Origin: Selaginella moellendorffii
Taxonomy: Eukaryota; Plantae; Lycopodiophyta
Length of the DNA stretch: 64,000 nucleotides
Reading direction: 5' to 3'
NCBI RefSeq assembly: GCF_000143415.4
Contig: NW_003314316.1
Span: 1,200,666 to 1,264,665, forward strand
Positions 11,927-23,608 of the stretch are shown one piece after another (positions within the stretch are counted from its first letter, which is position 1; each line of letters opens with the position of its first letter). Made by a program: the position numbers and the translations under genes. The notes under the pieces were generated by a model. That model was given only the letters and a program-made list of their open reading frames with translations, searched no databases and had not been told where the DNA came from.

Positions 11927-12523
11927 ATGGCGGTAAGGCTCGGATTCTCTCGCTTCTTGGTGCTTCTTTCGCTGGCGGCGACGGCCATGGCGGCGTGTAA
12001 CTTCACAGCCGCGCAATCGTGCGTCTCCAAGCCATCACTCAATCTCCTCTTCTACTGTCACGTCCCTCTCTCCAATGCCAGCGCCGCGCAGCTCCAATCC
12101 GACTCTGCCCCGCTGCTCGGATCTTCCAATCCGGCCGCGATGGGCGCTGGCAGGGTTTTCGATTACAAATGCACGCCCACGCCAGATCCATCCACACCGC
12201 CCTACTGCCGCGCCCGCGGCGTCTCCTTCGAGGATTCTCGCAATGGCACCCAGATCATGGTGAGCGCAATCGCGATGGCGGGCGCGCCGGGCACGAATTC
12301 TACCAACAGCACGACGACGATCAGGCCGCGGGGATCGATGAGCGTGGCGGGTGAGATCCTTGGCAGCGGGAACTACAGCACGAGCGCGGCGGTGGTGGGC
12401 GGCGTGGGGGATTTCCTGGCGGCCGCTGGCGAGATCAACATCTCCACGTACAATGTATCGGGCGATGGTACGGACATGGTGCTCAAATTTATGGCCAGGG
12501 TCGTCTTCCCGCTCTACATTTGA
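11927..12523 (+). CDS. Dirigent-domain secreted protein (198 aa, intronless)
   Basis: Signal peptide; LLFYCH, GAGRVFD..CT..PDPS...RARG, AVVGGVGDFLAAAG dirigent motifs; several N-glycosylation sequons. Confidence 0.8.
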   Translation: MAVRLGFSRFLVLLSLAATAMAACNFTAAQSCVSKPSLNLLFYCHVPLSNASAAQLQSDSAPLLGSSNPAAMGAGRVFDYKCTPTPDPSTPPYCRARGVSFEDSRNGTQIMVSAIAMAGAPGTNSTNSTTTIRPRGSMSVAGEILGSGNYSTSAAVVGGVGDFLAAAGEINISTYNVSGDGTDMVLKFMARVVFPLYI

Positions 12524-12961
12524 ATAGATTTACCCGATTAAATAAACTAATTTATTTTCTAGGTTTACCCCTTTTATTTAGGGCCAATACCTCATAACTA
12601 TAAATTTAAAGATTATTGCAGTATGATTCAACAATCACTATTCCTAAAATATTAGTTATAATTATTAGTTAATCATAAAAATAAAAATAGAAATTGAATT
12701 GACCTTTGTTCAATATATATGTATAATATATTAGTTAAAGTTTGTGTAGTACAATGAATCATTTGAACTATAAATATTCAATCTGAATCATATTCAATTA
12801 CTCCAAATTTTATATTCTTCTACCATAATTATATTTTTTCTTATATATATTTCTATTAAGTGCATATGAGGTAATCCCCCTCCATGGCTATGACACACTT
12901 TATTAACCTTGTGTATATAACTAAAAAGAACAACTTGAGAGACAATCCATATTCAAATATA

Positions 12962-14711
12962 TGTTGCGAATGTGACTTTGGGTATCGAAAGTTATCTGTC
13001 GGCTAGTCTTTTCAGATATTCTTTCTTTACTACCATGACGGTAGAAAGTCAGTATTGCTAGATCTGTTATCAGTTCCCACTTGAGTTAATTGAAAAACTA
13101 GTAAATGAATATGTACTTAAATTGGATAAACATAAAGTAGGAACCTTATGTTTTTTTTGTTGAGCATACTTGGCCTGGTTTGAGAAACTTGTGTGATTGG
13201 CTTGCACTTGCTAGTGTCAAGAACCCCCACAATATTGAGTTTGGTCCCTTAATATCGCTAGATGATAGCTTACCGTGTCTACCAAACACCCTCGCTATCA
13301 TGCCTTTTGTGTTAGTCTCATTTCGGTCCCAAATGCTATGCAGTGAAAGTGTCTAGATTTTCTCATTTAATACATTTATGAAATGTAGAGATTGTCTTAA
13401 ATACAATAGTGTTCATCATGTATCCATTCCATATTTAATAAATTTTGAGCTTGTCCCAAAGACTAACTCTTGATACTAAAGGAGGCTTGGGGTGAAAGCC
13501 CAAAGCATGTGTTCCTCGGGGGGGGGGAAGGGGGGGGGGGGGGGGGGTATAAGGGGGTCCCAAATGATAAAAAGGATAGTGGGTAGGTTGAGCATGGCTG
13601 ACTAACCTGAGGTATAGTCTAGCTCCTGCTTGCATGCCTATCCTTGTTCTGACTAACTGAGGGCATAGTTTAGCTCTTGCTTGCGTGCCTATCCTTGTTT
13701 TACGTTCGGCTTGGGTCTAAGTCCAAGTTCCATTCCATGCTAGCTGATGGAGTACCCATGTCCTTGCATTAGGCCATTGGTATGTGTAAGCTCCTGAGTT
13801 TAGACTTCTCGGAGGTCACCCAACCCAGTACTATTCAAATTCACAAATATCCCAAGACCCTTAACCGATTAAAAAAGGGGGTGCACTTTATTTATAAGCC
13901 TTTTCCCTTTATATTTGAACCCCTATAGATTGTCTCTTAAGTCGTTCTCTTTGGTTGCTTATAATCCACCACGCTTCCTTGCAAATTCACGCCCTCGTGA
14001 ACGGAAATTGAGAGCTGCAGCTCTCTTAAGAGCCCTGCTCTCTTGACACCCTACCCCTTGGGTCGAGCCCAGCGGGAGCAAACTGGACTTGCCAAATGTC
14101 AATCAACATGTGGTGCGATTCCCTAACCAACCAACAAAGTCAAACTTGAGACCCTCTCTAATACAAAATGTAAGCTCCTGAGTTTGGACTTCCCGGGAGG
14201 TCACCCAGCCCAATACTATTCAAACTCAAGGACGCTTCCTTAATTGATTGGAAAAGGGGGTGCACTATTATTTATAGGCCCTTTCTCTTTATATTTAAAC
14301 CCTTATAGATCATTTCTCAAGTCATTCTCTTTAGTTGCTTACAGTATGTTGAAATAATGCCAAATTCTGTTTAGCTCTATTTTGTGTGTTGGTCCTAGCA
14401 TTGGGATGGTAGTTGCTCTAGGACTATTCCAAACTGCTCCGTACTTTTGTCCCTTCACTCCTTGGGCTGTATGCTCAAGAGTTGTTCCATGCTCTAGTGC
14501 TATTGCTCCTTGGCACCATGCTTGGGAGTTTGGCACCATTCCTTCATTCAGTGGCACAAGGCTCTAAATCTTGGATTCCACACCATTGTCCTTTGGACAC
14601 ATGGCATATGACACATGGCATATAGAGGATTTAGAGGGTTTAAATTCCGCTTCCATGTTTATCCTATGGTAAATCACCATAGGATAAAGGGTAAAAGCCA
14701 CGTGCGCTACA
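12962..14711 (+). mobile_element. Family A solo LTR carrying a nested Cassandra
   Basis: TGTTGCGAAT...GTGCGCTACA termini as in 27510-28641; apparent 4-bp TATA target duplication. Confidence 0.85.
13785..14343 (-). mobile_element. Cassandra-type TRIM (559 bp): LTRs 13785-13963 and 14169-14343 with 5S-rRNA-derived segment
   Basis: 5-bp TSD GTATG on both sides; ~205-bp non-coding interior with degenerate iMet PBS and PPT; LTRs contain the reverse complement of the 5S IE/C-box region (TAGTACTGGG.TGGGTGACCTCC..GAAGTC). Confidence 0.88.
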
Positions 14712-17199
14712 TATAAAAGGAAAGGGCTTATGAATAAAAATGCATCCTTTTTTCCAATTGGTTAAGGGTTTTGGGATACAGTGCTTAACATATAGTGCAT
14801 ATAGTGCTTGACATATATGGCATACAGTGCTTGACATTCTCTTTGATCTATGAAGAAAACTGATTAATTGTCCACCTCAAGTTGAGGACTCGGCAAACTT
14901 GCACTAGAAGGAGAGACATTTTTATATATCATTCTATGAAAAAATTGAATGCAATATCCAATCAAGTATAATTAGAAAAGCTTTAATGATTTACCAGCTT
15001 TGTCACCTTTGATGAACTAAGGCACCGACCACACTAGTCAACACATAAGTTGACTGTTTTGCCACTTTTGTAATTCTTGCAAAACAAGACTTTGATAGAA
15101 CAAAAATGTTCTTTAAAAACACAGAGCAATCATGGCATTACATTTGGGACAAAACATTGTTTTAAGTCTTGATCTTTGCTATGTGTGTGTCAAAGATAAT
15201 CAAATAAGATGGGAAAATGAGATACACAATGTGATATGATCTCATTTGACATGGCAGAAATAAAACTCTTGCACTGGATTCCTAAAATATCCTGCACTTG
15301 AAAGAATCATTGTATGGCTAAGCAAACCTAATAGCAAGCCATGGCAGCAAGTGTGATAGGTATGAAGCAAAGGGACAAACCCTAAAAATAGAGAGGGTTT
15401 CTCACCATTCTCCACCACTAACACAATCACCAAGAGCGCATCCACAAGCAAGACAAAGCTAGGCAGCAGCAAGGTTGTGTTCTCACTCAGCCCCACACTT
15501 TTACAGCCACCCATGCCAAGATCAATAGCTGCTTCATTGTGCATCACAAGAATGAGCAGCACACATGAAGTATAGTTCTAGGTCTTGTCCAAAACGAGCT
15601 ATCACCTAGTACCAAGGTTATGAGGAGTCCCTCCACCGCATTCCTGTGTGATTAATTTGTGCTCCTGGTTCTGATTTACCCCCTGCCCATAGGAGGATCT
15701 CATCCTAATACCCACAACAGAGATATACAAGTTAGCACCGAATCTGCACAAGTAACTCTCATGGTACCAATTGTTCAAGTGTCTAACTCCTCCACACAAA
15801 AAAGGCGGGATGACAATGACTGGACCAGACAACGAGATTCATGAAGCAATGGAAAGCAATTATGTTGAGAACCTTCTTTAGAGTCCAGAGTTTTTGAAAG
15901 TCACTTCTGATGTGTGGCCCAGGCATGTACCTAAGTACATTGGCTAGCAAGCATCAACAATGCAAGTCTCATTTTCATTTTAAAGTCTAGTTTTATTTAG
16001 AAAAATGATTGGGCTAGCTGAGATTTCATTACTAATCTCATCTTTGATGATATAGGTAGCCCTTAGACAATCCTACGCCTCAGATGAATGTAACCGGAAA
16101 TGGCCTAGTTGATCAACTTAACCAAACTTACTTTCATCAATTTCCACAATTCTTCCTAGACCACTAATTTGTTTACTACTTTGTTATAATGTGATATAAA
16201 TATCACGACAAAAGCTGTACAAATTCATTTTTGTGTGCTTAATTTTAATACGACACTCAATACAAATTTGATCTTATGGTACTAGTTATGAGAGATCTTG
16301 TGGTATTGCAATTTTTACAATTCCACTTTAAACTAGCTTTATAATTTTGATTATCATATCGATATCTTATTGGTAATTCTCTTCTGGTATTTTAAGAATA
16401 ATTTACATATTCCAATCTAACCATAATACTAAGAGAATGAATAAATAAGAAAGAAAATATAAGAAGGAACACAACAATGAGGAAAAACCTAAACCAAGCT
16501 TACTTTGTGCATTTTCCCAAGCTATCAAGTAAGCTCTATGCTTCTTGGAGCTGACCATTGTGAAAAGACAGTGATCATCACAGTCCATGACTTGAGAGGC
16601 ATCCTCTCTCAAGCTTGATCCAAATCCCTCTCCTGCACGATGCTGGTCATGAGAGCTGTCCATAAGACAACATCTCTCTCATGCATGCTTTGGAAGAGCT
16701 CCTCGGCATTCATTTCCTTGAGCTCCACTGCAATTGAGTTCCAAGACACCACATTCCTCTATCAGTATCGTATCAAATGACACCTTGGATTCATTCAGAT
16801 GCCCATGTTGGGCATACACTGTGACCTGTCAAGACCCCTGACAAGATCAAGACTGGAAAATGCAAAAAGACAAAGAGAAAAGCTAGTGGAAACAAAGAAG
16901 AGGCCTTAGACTGGCGTTGATTCAGATTGTGGAGAAATGGAACAAGGCTAACCCTATATATACTATAGGTTGATGAAGCTCCACCACTCTTGGATCGAGG
17001 ACGGCGTAAATATAGCCAAGGTCGAGGAGGCGCCACATCATCATCAGGAATGTGGCTCGAGACTCAGGAATCGGGAAGTGTCTCGAGAGTCAGGAATAGG
17101 GAAGTGTCTCGAGAGTCAGGAATGTGGTCTGCAGGTCAGGAATCCGGCGAGAGTCAGGAATGTGGCAAGAATTGGGGGATTCCTGACAGCACCCCCTCC

Positions 17200-20100
17200 T
17201 CAAGAACGAGTGGAACGAGGATGTGAACGAGAACGAAGAGGAGGATGAGATGAGCGGCGAGGGATGGGAGATGGAGAAAAAGAATGAGGACTGGGACGAG
17301 AAGGATAGCGGCGGTGGAAGTCCTGAACAAGGTCAGGAGAATGAATCAGGTTGTCCACAGGTTCCCAAGTGCGTTCCTCAGGTCCGTAACCCATCCAGTC
17401 CACCAGATAGTAGAGTTTAGACCGTGAAATCTTGGAATCAAGGATGTCCTGAACCTCGTACTCAGACCCATCCTCGAGCTGCACTGGTGGAGGCGGAGGA
17501 ATGACCCGATTTGGAATAGGACTGGGAATATAAGGCTCAAGGAGAGAAACGGGGTGAATTTGATATGAGGAGGGAAGTGTAAGGCGATAAGTGACAGGAT
17601 TAATGATGGCAGTGATAGGGAAAGGACCAAGGCGTTTGAAATTGAGTTTTGGACAGGGCCTGGTGGTGGAGATATTTCGCCTGAGGAGCCAGACTTTATC
17701 CCCGATATTGTAAGGGGGACAATCCTGACGATGGACATTGGCAAATGTTTTATGAGATTCCTGAGCACGATGGAGGTGGAAGGAGATGGAGTTGTGGATT
17801 TCCTGGAGGTTGGAGATAAATGCCTCAGAGCGAGGATTTGAACAAGAGGATTCAGATGGAGAAGGAAGTGAGAGATTGAATCGGGGATTTCGGCCAGAGT
17901 TCACAAAGAAGGGGGAAACTCGAAGAGAGGAGTGAACAGAGTTGTTATAGGAGAACTCAGCAAGGGGAAGGATATCGAACCAATTATCCTGATGATAGTT
18001 GATGAAGCACCTCAAGAATTGTTCCAACGTCTGAATCGTTCGCTCGGACTGCCCATCAGTTTGAGGATGATATGCCGAAGAGAGGTTGGCCTTCACTCCA
18101 AGCAGCTGCAAAAACTGTTGCCAGAAATGAGAGATGAACTGAGGCCCCCGATCCGAAACCACATCTATAGGAATCCCATGAAGTCGGAAAATTTCCCTGA
18201 ATACCAGTTTTGCCATGTCCTCGCCCGAAAACTCCTTGGTACATGGCAAGAAGTGCGCCATCTTTGTGAAGCGATCCACCGCGACTAAAATGCTGTTGAA
18301 GCCTCCAGAACTCGGAAGATCACTCAAGAAATCCATGGAGATGGATTCTCAAGGACCTGAAGGGACTGGAAGGGAACGAAGCAAACCTGAAGGAAGGTGG
18401 CGAGGTACCTTATTCCGGGCACAAGTGTCACAGGAGGTAACAAAAGCTTTGATGTAGTCGTCCATGTGAGGCCACCAAAAGTCCCGTGCAACTAGCTCAT
18501 AGGTTTTCGCAATGCCGAAGTGACCAGTAGTCGGGCTATCATGGCACGCCATCAAGACCAACCTTCGAGCATCACCTTCAGGAACATAAAGCTGCTCCCC
18601 ATGGTACAATAAGCCATCTAAGAACTCGAACTCGTCAAATCGCCGGCAGTCGGGAGTCACTAGGTGTCCAGCCTGAAGATGGGGGAAAATGTCGCTAGCG
18701 AGATCATCGGATTGAAGATCGTTTCTGATTGCATCCATCAAGGAGGAGTCCTGAGGGGCCAGGGAAATTGCCATAACTTGAAGCCGATCAGGACCGAGGA
18801 TAACTTGATCCTGTTGATCGAAGGCAGGATTACCAAGCCTGAGACTAAGATAGGAGCGCCTTGAAAGAGCATCAGGAAGGCCTTGAAACTTTCCAGGTCT
18901 GTACTTGATAACAAAGTCAAACCGACTCAGGAATTGTGCCCACCTTGCTTGACGACGGCTTAAAACTTGGGAAGTGGCAAAGTACTCGAGATTTTTGTGA
19001 TCCGTCCAGACTGTTGTTTGATGGCTCGCCCCCTCCAAGAAACGGCGCCACTCTCCAAAGGAATCCACGATGGCAAGGAGCTCCTTGTCGTGGATTTCGT
19101 AATTGATCTCCGCAAGCTGGAATTTCCGAGAATGGAAAGCGACTTGATGAAGTTCGTGATCCGCTCCGAGTTGAGACAGCACAGCACCAATGGCAAAGTC
19201 GGAGGCGTCAGCCTCGATGAAGAAAGGTTGTGAGGAATCAGCATGGATCAAGACAGGAGCAGAACTGAAGGCCGCCTTGAGTGTGTCGAAGGCCTGCTGG
19301 GCAGCAGCAGACCAAGAGAAGGGAACATCCTTGCAAGTGAGATGTGTGAGAGGAAGGACAATATCAAAGTAGTGATCAATGAATTTGCGGTAGAAGTTGG
19401 CGAAGCCAAGAAAAACCTAAACGTCCGACATTGATCGTGGAGGCTCCCATTCGAGAATAGTCTTGACTTTGGCAGGATCCATCGTGATACCCTCAGGAGT
19501 GACAATGTACCCAAGGAACTCCATAGACTGCTGATCAAAGGAACATTTCTCAAGCTTCGCGTATAGGCCATGTTCTCGCAACTTCGCTAGCACCTTGTGT
19601 ACATGTTCGTCATGCTCCTCCTGAGTTTTTGAGTAGATGAGGATGTTATCGAGGTAGACGATCACCATCTGATCAAGAAACTCCCGAAAGACGTCGTTCG
19701 CCATGTGTTGGAAAACTGCTGGAGCATTTGTCAAGCCAAATGGCATGACAGTGTACTCGAAGTGGCCATAGCGGGTTCGGAGCGCAGTCTTCCATTCATC
19801 ACCAGGCCGGATCCGGATCAGGTTGTATGCTCCACGGAGGTCGATCTTGGTGAAGAAGCGGGCACCGCCAAGGCGTTCCAACAGGTCCGAGATCAGGGGA
19901 AGCGGATAACGGTTCCGAACAGTCACCTTGTTCAAACCTCAGTAGTCGATGACTAGCCGCAAGCTCCCATCCTTCTTCTTGACAAAGAAGACAGGCGCTC
20001 CAGCCGGGGACTGCGAATGCTGAATGTAGCCCGAGGCAAGGTTCTCATCCACGTACTCTTTGAGGGCTTTAAGCTCGGACGGGGATAACCCGTAGATAGG

Positions 20101-20949
20101 CCCCCACGGAGGTGACGCTCCTTCCTGTAAATCAATGGGACAATCATAAGGCCGATGAACAGGCAGTACACTAGCTTTTTTCTTGTCAAACACATCCCCA
20201 AAATCATGATACTTCTCAGGAAGACTAACAAGAGAAACATGCAAAGCAAAAAGAAAAAGAGGTTCTTCATGAAGGAGTTCTTTCATAGTGATTGTGGAGA
20301 TAGGAGGAGGCGTACGACTAAATGGAATGATGAGACGAGGATACGGTCCAGTGGAAGATGGAAGAGAGGAAAAAGAAGAGGGTGAAAACTTAATAGAGTC
20401 AGGAACAGAACCCCGATTTGAGTTTAGGGAACTTTTCCTGATTCGGACTCGATGAACAGCAGGGGAAGCCGTGGGAGAGATGAGCTGTAATTCCTTCCAA
20501 CAGATCTGAGGCTGATGTAGTTGGAACCAAGGAAGACCGAGCACCACAGAGGAGGACTTGCTGTTGATGATGTTGAAGGCGATATCAGTGACGGTGGACC
20601 CGATGTGTACTCGAACGGGCAACGTTTCCCTAAGTCCAGAAGATGGAGACACAAAATGCCCGCCGATGCCTTCAACCCTCAAATCCCGTATGGTAGGAGA
20701 AAGAGGAACGTGATGTCGGGCAGCAAAGTCCGTGTCCATGAAGCAGGAAGTTGCACCCGAGTCCAGTAACGCCAGAGCCTTGAGTCCTGATTGTCCGGTG
20801 AAAGAAAGGAGACATGGGACGCGGAAGTTGCGGGAATTGGTGGTAGCTTTGATGAAAGGTGGTGAGGAGCTTGATAAGGAAGAAAAGTGATTTTTATTCG
20901 GGGAGTCCAAACAGACAGCTCCTACTCTGTTTGGATAGGGTCATTTCCC
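17200..20949 (-). pseudogene. pol: B1 pol (PR/RT/RNaseH/INT/chromodomain), disrupted
   Basis: Split over ORFs 19939-20910, 19417-19935, 18349-19251 and 17200-18336; near-identical to the B2 pol. Confidence 0.9.
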
Positions 20950-21893
20950 GACTGCAACAGAGGTGGACTTTGAGGCAGAGTGAACTCGAGCAGTCGAGGA
21001 GGCTTCTTGGGACATACAGCTGCTTTGTGATTAGGATCAGCACAATAGAGGCAAAGATTATGAGATATTCGACGTTGCTTCTCAGCAGGACTCAACTTCC
21101 CTCTAATGAGTCGGGGAGTACCAGAAATATCCATCGGAACCGGAGCAGTAGGTTCAGGACTATGCCCCGAAGACTCAAGCTGGGATTCCTGAGTCTGGGA
21201 CGGAAAAACAGCGGCGCGGCGACTTTCCTGACGACGTTCAAAGAGACGATTGTCACATCGAATAGCTTTGTTGATGGCATCCGACAGGTCCTTGGGATCC
21301 TCCATGGTGAGCAACAAATCCTTGACACCGTTGTTGAGGCCGAAACGAAATTGGTCAATCAGGGCCCACTCATCCCACTGAGTGTCCAAAGCAAGGAGTT
21401 GGAACTCTGCAGCGTAGATCGAGGCAGGACGAGACCCCTGAGAGAGACGTCTCATCTTTGTGGTAGCAGCCCGAACCCGATCCGTCTCGCCAAAACATGC
21501 TTCGAGCTTCTCTTTGAACAATTGAAGATCCATCAGCTCTGGAACCACGACCCCTTTCATGCTCTTCTCCAGAAGAGGAGAAAACCATGACAAAGCTGCA
21601 CCTTCGAGCAACGTCCCAATCACGCCGATTTGAGACTCGGGAGTAGGGTACCGCCGATGTTGAAGTGCGAAGATCAACTCCATCTGGTTCAGGAATCCAC
21701 GAAGCTCCGAACGCTTGCCTGAAAATTTCGCCAGGAAGCTCACCTTCAGTTCAGGAACTTTGCTGGATCCTTGAGCCGAAAGTGAAGCAAGCTCCTGCTG
21801 CATGCGAAGAAGGGTCGCCTTCAGCTCGGTATTCTCAGACTGGATTTTTGCAAGGACTTCAGCAAAGAAATCAGGATGGCTTGGAGACTCCAT
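20922..21893 (-). CDS. gag: B1 gag with CCHC zinc knuckle
   Basis: KFSGKRSELRGFLNQ..., CLYCADPNHKAAVC. Confidence 0.88.
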   Translation of the reverse strand: MESPSHPDFFAEVLAKIQSENTELKATLLRMQQELASLSAQGSSKVPELKVSFLAKFSGKRSELRGFLNQMELIFALQHRRYPTPESQIGVIGTLLEGAALSWFSPLLEKSMKGVVVPELMDLQLFKEKLEACFGETDRVRAATTKMRRLSQGSRPASIYAAEFQLLALDTQWDEWALIDQFRFGLNNGVKDLLLTMEDPKDLSDAINKAIRCDNRLFERRQESRRAAVFPSQTQESQLESSGHSPEPTAPVPMDISGTPRLIRGKLSPAEKQRRISHNLCLYCADPNHKAAVCPKKPPRLLEFTLPQSPPLLQSGNDPIQTE

Positions 21894-22744
21894 TGGCAAG
21901 AAGAAAGAAAAAAGGGGGACAAAAAGGCAAAAGGTAATCAAACAATCAAAACGAGCTAAATCAAAAAACAAAAAAACACAATCTGAATCAAACTGTCAAA
22001 ACCCCTGACAAGATCAAGACTGGAAAATGCAAAAAGACAAAGAGAAAAGCTAGTGGAAACAAAGAAGAGGCCTTAAACTGGCGTTGATTCAGATTGTGGA
22101 GAAATGGAACAAGGCTAACCCTATATATACTATAGGTTGATGAAGCTCCACCACTCTTGGATCGAGGACGGCGTAAATATAGCTAAGGTCGAGGAGGCGC
22201 CACATCATCATCAGGAATGTGGCTCGAGACTCAGGAATCGGGAAGTGTCTCGAGAGTCAGGAATAAGGAAGTGTCTCGAGAGTCAGGAATGTGGTCTGCA
22301 GGTCAGGAATCCGGCGAGAGTCAGGAATGTGGCAAGAATTGGGGGATTCCTGACATGACCATGGTGTTCCAGGATACTGGATCTTTGTCAGGGAATATCA
22401 GAAATAAATCCACCATCTCAAAGAACTCCCTTTGTACATATGCACCATGGATGGCATTCCATGTCACAATGCTTGGAAATGGCATTTTCTCGAAGACCAT
22501 CCTCGCGCTGTTTTGAGTAGAGATTCCTCTTGCAGGCCATCAAACACTGCCTTGGCCTTGACAACCGACTGGCAGTTGCCAAACATCTGGATCAGAAGAT
22601 TGGTACCAATGCTAATCCATGCCAGTGATTCTTTGGCTCATGGATCTAGAGGGCATTGGCATCAACAAGGTGGGATTTTTCAATGCCCTAGACGCAGCAA
22701 TCCAACTTGGCTGATGGTTGAGCAGTTCATATTATCACACAAGA

Positions 22745-23040
22745 CAGTGGCTTCTTGGGTGAACAACTCACTTGTCAACACGTATGGCAAGTGTGGCAGC
22801 TTGGCAAATGAGAGAGATGTGTTTGATTCCATGCTGGAGAAGAACTTGGTGTCATGGAACATAGTGCAGTGGAGATTGATCCTCGTGGGTGTTGAGCACC
22901 ACTCTCTTGGCATGCAGTCATGGGGGCCTGTTTAGATCCTCGATCCAGGACAAGTTTGGAGGGATTCCTTCCATGGATCACTACACTTGTATGGTTGATC
23001 TTCTTGGTCATGTGAGTCACCAGCTGAGGAGCTCATCCAG
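22745..23040 (+). pseudogene. Second PPR fragment (opposite strand)
   Basis: NSLVNTYGKCGSLANERDVFDSMLEKNLVSWN; LACSHGGL...PSMDHYTCMVDLLG; frameshifted. Confidence 0.7.
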
Positions 23041-23240
23041 TGTATATATTTGTTTTTGTGATCATGGATGATAGGTTCTTATTCTAGAAACTCAAAGAGC
23101 AAAGGCTGTGACACTAGCTATTCTCACCACTCACTGGATACCTTTGCCCATGTCCAATGACTTATAAACTACTTTGTCCTAAGAAGTTCCCACTATTTTT
23201 AAATAGGATCTTATCAATCAATGCAGTTCTAATTGTTGAA

Positions 23241-23580
23241 TGTTTTTTTATTAAGAATTACTGTTTCCAAGCCATACAATTAGAGAGGTACACATCCAAA
23301 TTTATAAATGATTTATGTGGTACACTTGTCCAGTCACTTTTGATGGAACTTGTTTTAATTTGTGAGTTAAAGCATTTTTTTGGATTTTTGTGCTGATTAA
23401 ATGTTTTTATTAAAAAGTACTGTTTCCAAGCATACAACTAGAGAGGTACACTTGTAGAGATATAGATGATTTATGTGGTGCACTTGTTCAGTCACTTTTG
23501 AATTCTTTTGCTGATGGAAATTTTTTTAATTTGTGTTCTTTTGGACTTTTGTGCTGATGGAACTTGTTTAAATTTGTGAA
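23241..23580. repeat. Imperfect ~160-bp tandem duplication upstream of the lectin ORF
   Basis: TACTGTTTCCAAG...AGAGAGGTACAC...ATGATTTATGTGGT.CACTTGT.CAGTCACTTTTGA occurs twice; TGATGGAA...AATTTGTG occurs three times. Confidence 0.75.
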
Positions 23581-23608
23581 ATGGGTAAGTGAATTTCCCT
23601 AAAGATAA

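Larger units (their letters stand above)
12912..14779 (+). mobile_element. Old Cassandra LTR split by the family A solo LTR (12912-12961 and 14712-14779)
   Basis: Joined flanks ...GAACAACTTGAGAGACAATCCATATTCAAATATA | AAAGGAAAGGGCTTATGAATAAAAATGCATCC...GGTTAAGGGTTTTGGGATAC match the reverse complement of the Cassandra LTR at ~37776-37893. Confidence 0.7.
16827..22355 (-). mobile_element. Ty3/Gypsy chromovirus B1 (Tcn1/Tf1-like), full length with a defective pol; LTRs 16827-17188 and 21994-22355
   Basis: TG..CA 362-bp LTRs differing at 4 transitions (by eye); TSD TGACC; PPT GAGGAGGGGGTGC; PR-RT-RH-INT-chromodomain with stops, a frameshift and YLDN. Confidence 0.95.
16520..22700 (-). pseudogene. 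PPR pseudogene interrupted by element B1
   Basis: Frame continues across the TSD: ...DKDPVSWNTMV|TVYAQHGHLNES...AEELFQSMHERDVVLWTALM; also NLLIQMFGNCQS; stops and frameshifts elsewhere. Confidence 0.75.

Noticed and set aside
14780-16500. Possible gene remnants and a short AGTGCTTGACAT repeat
   Set aside because: No consistent frame or recognisable domain could be supported.
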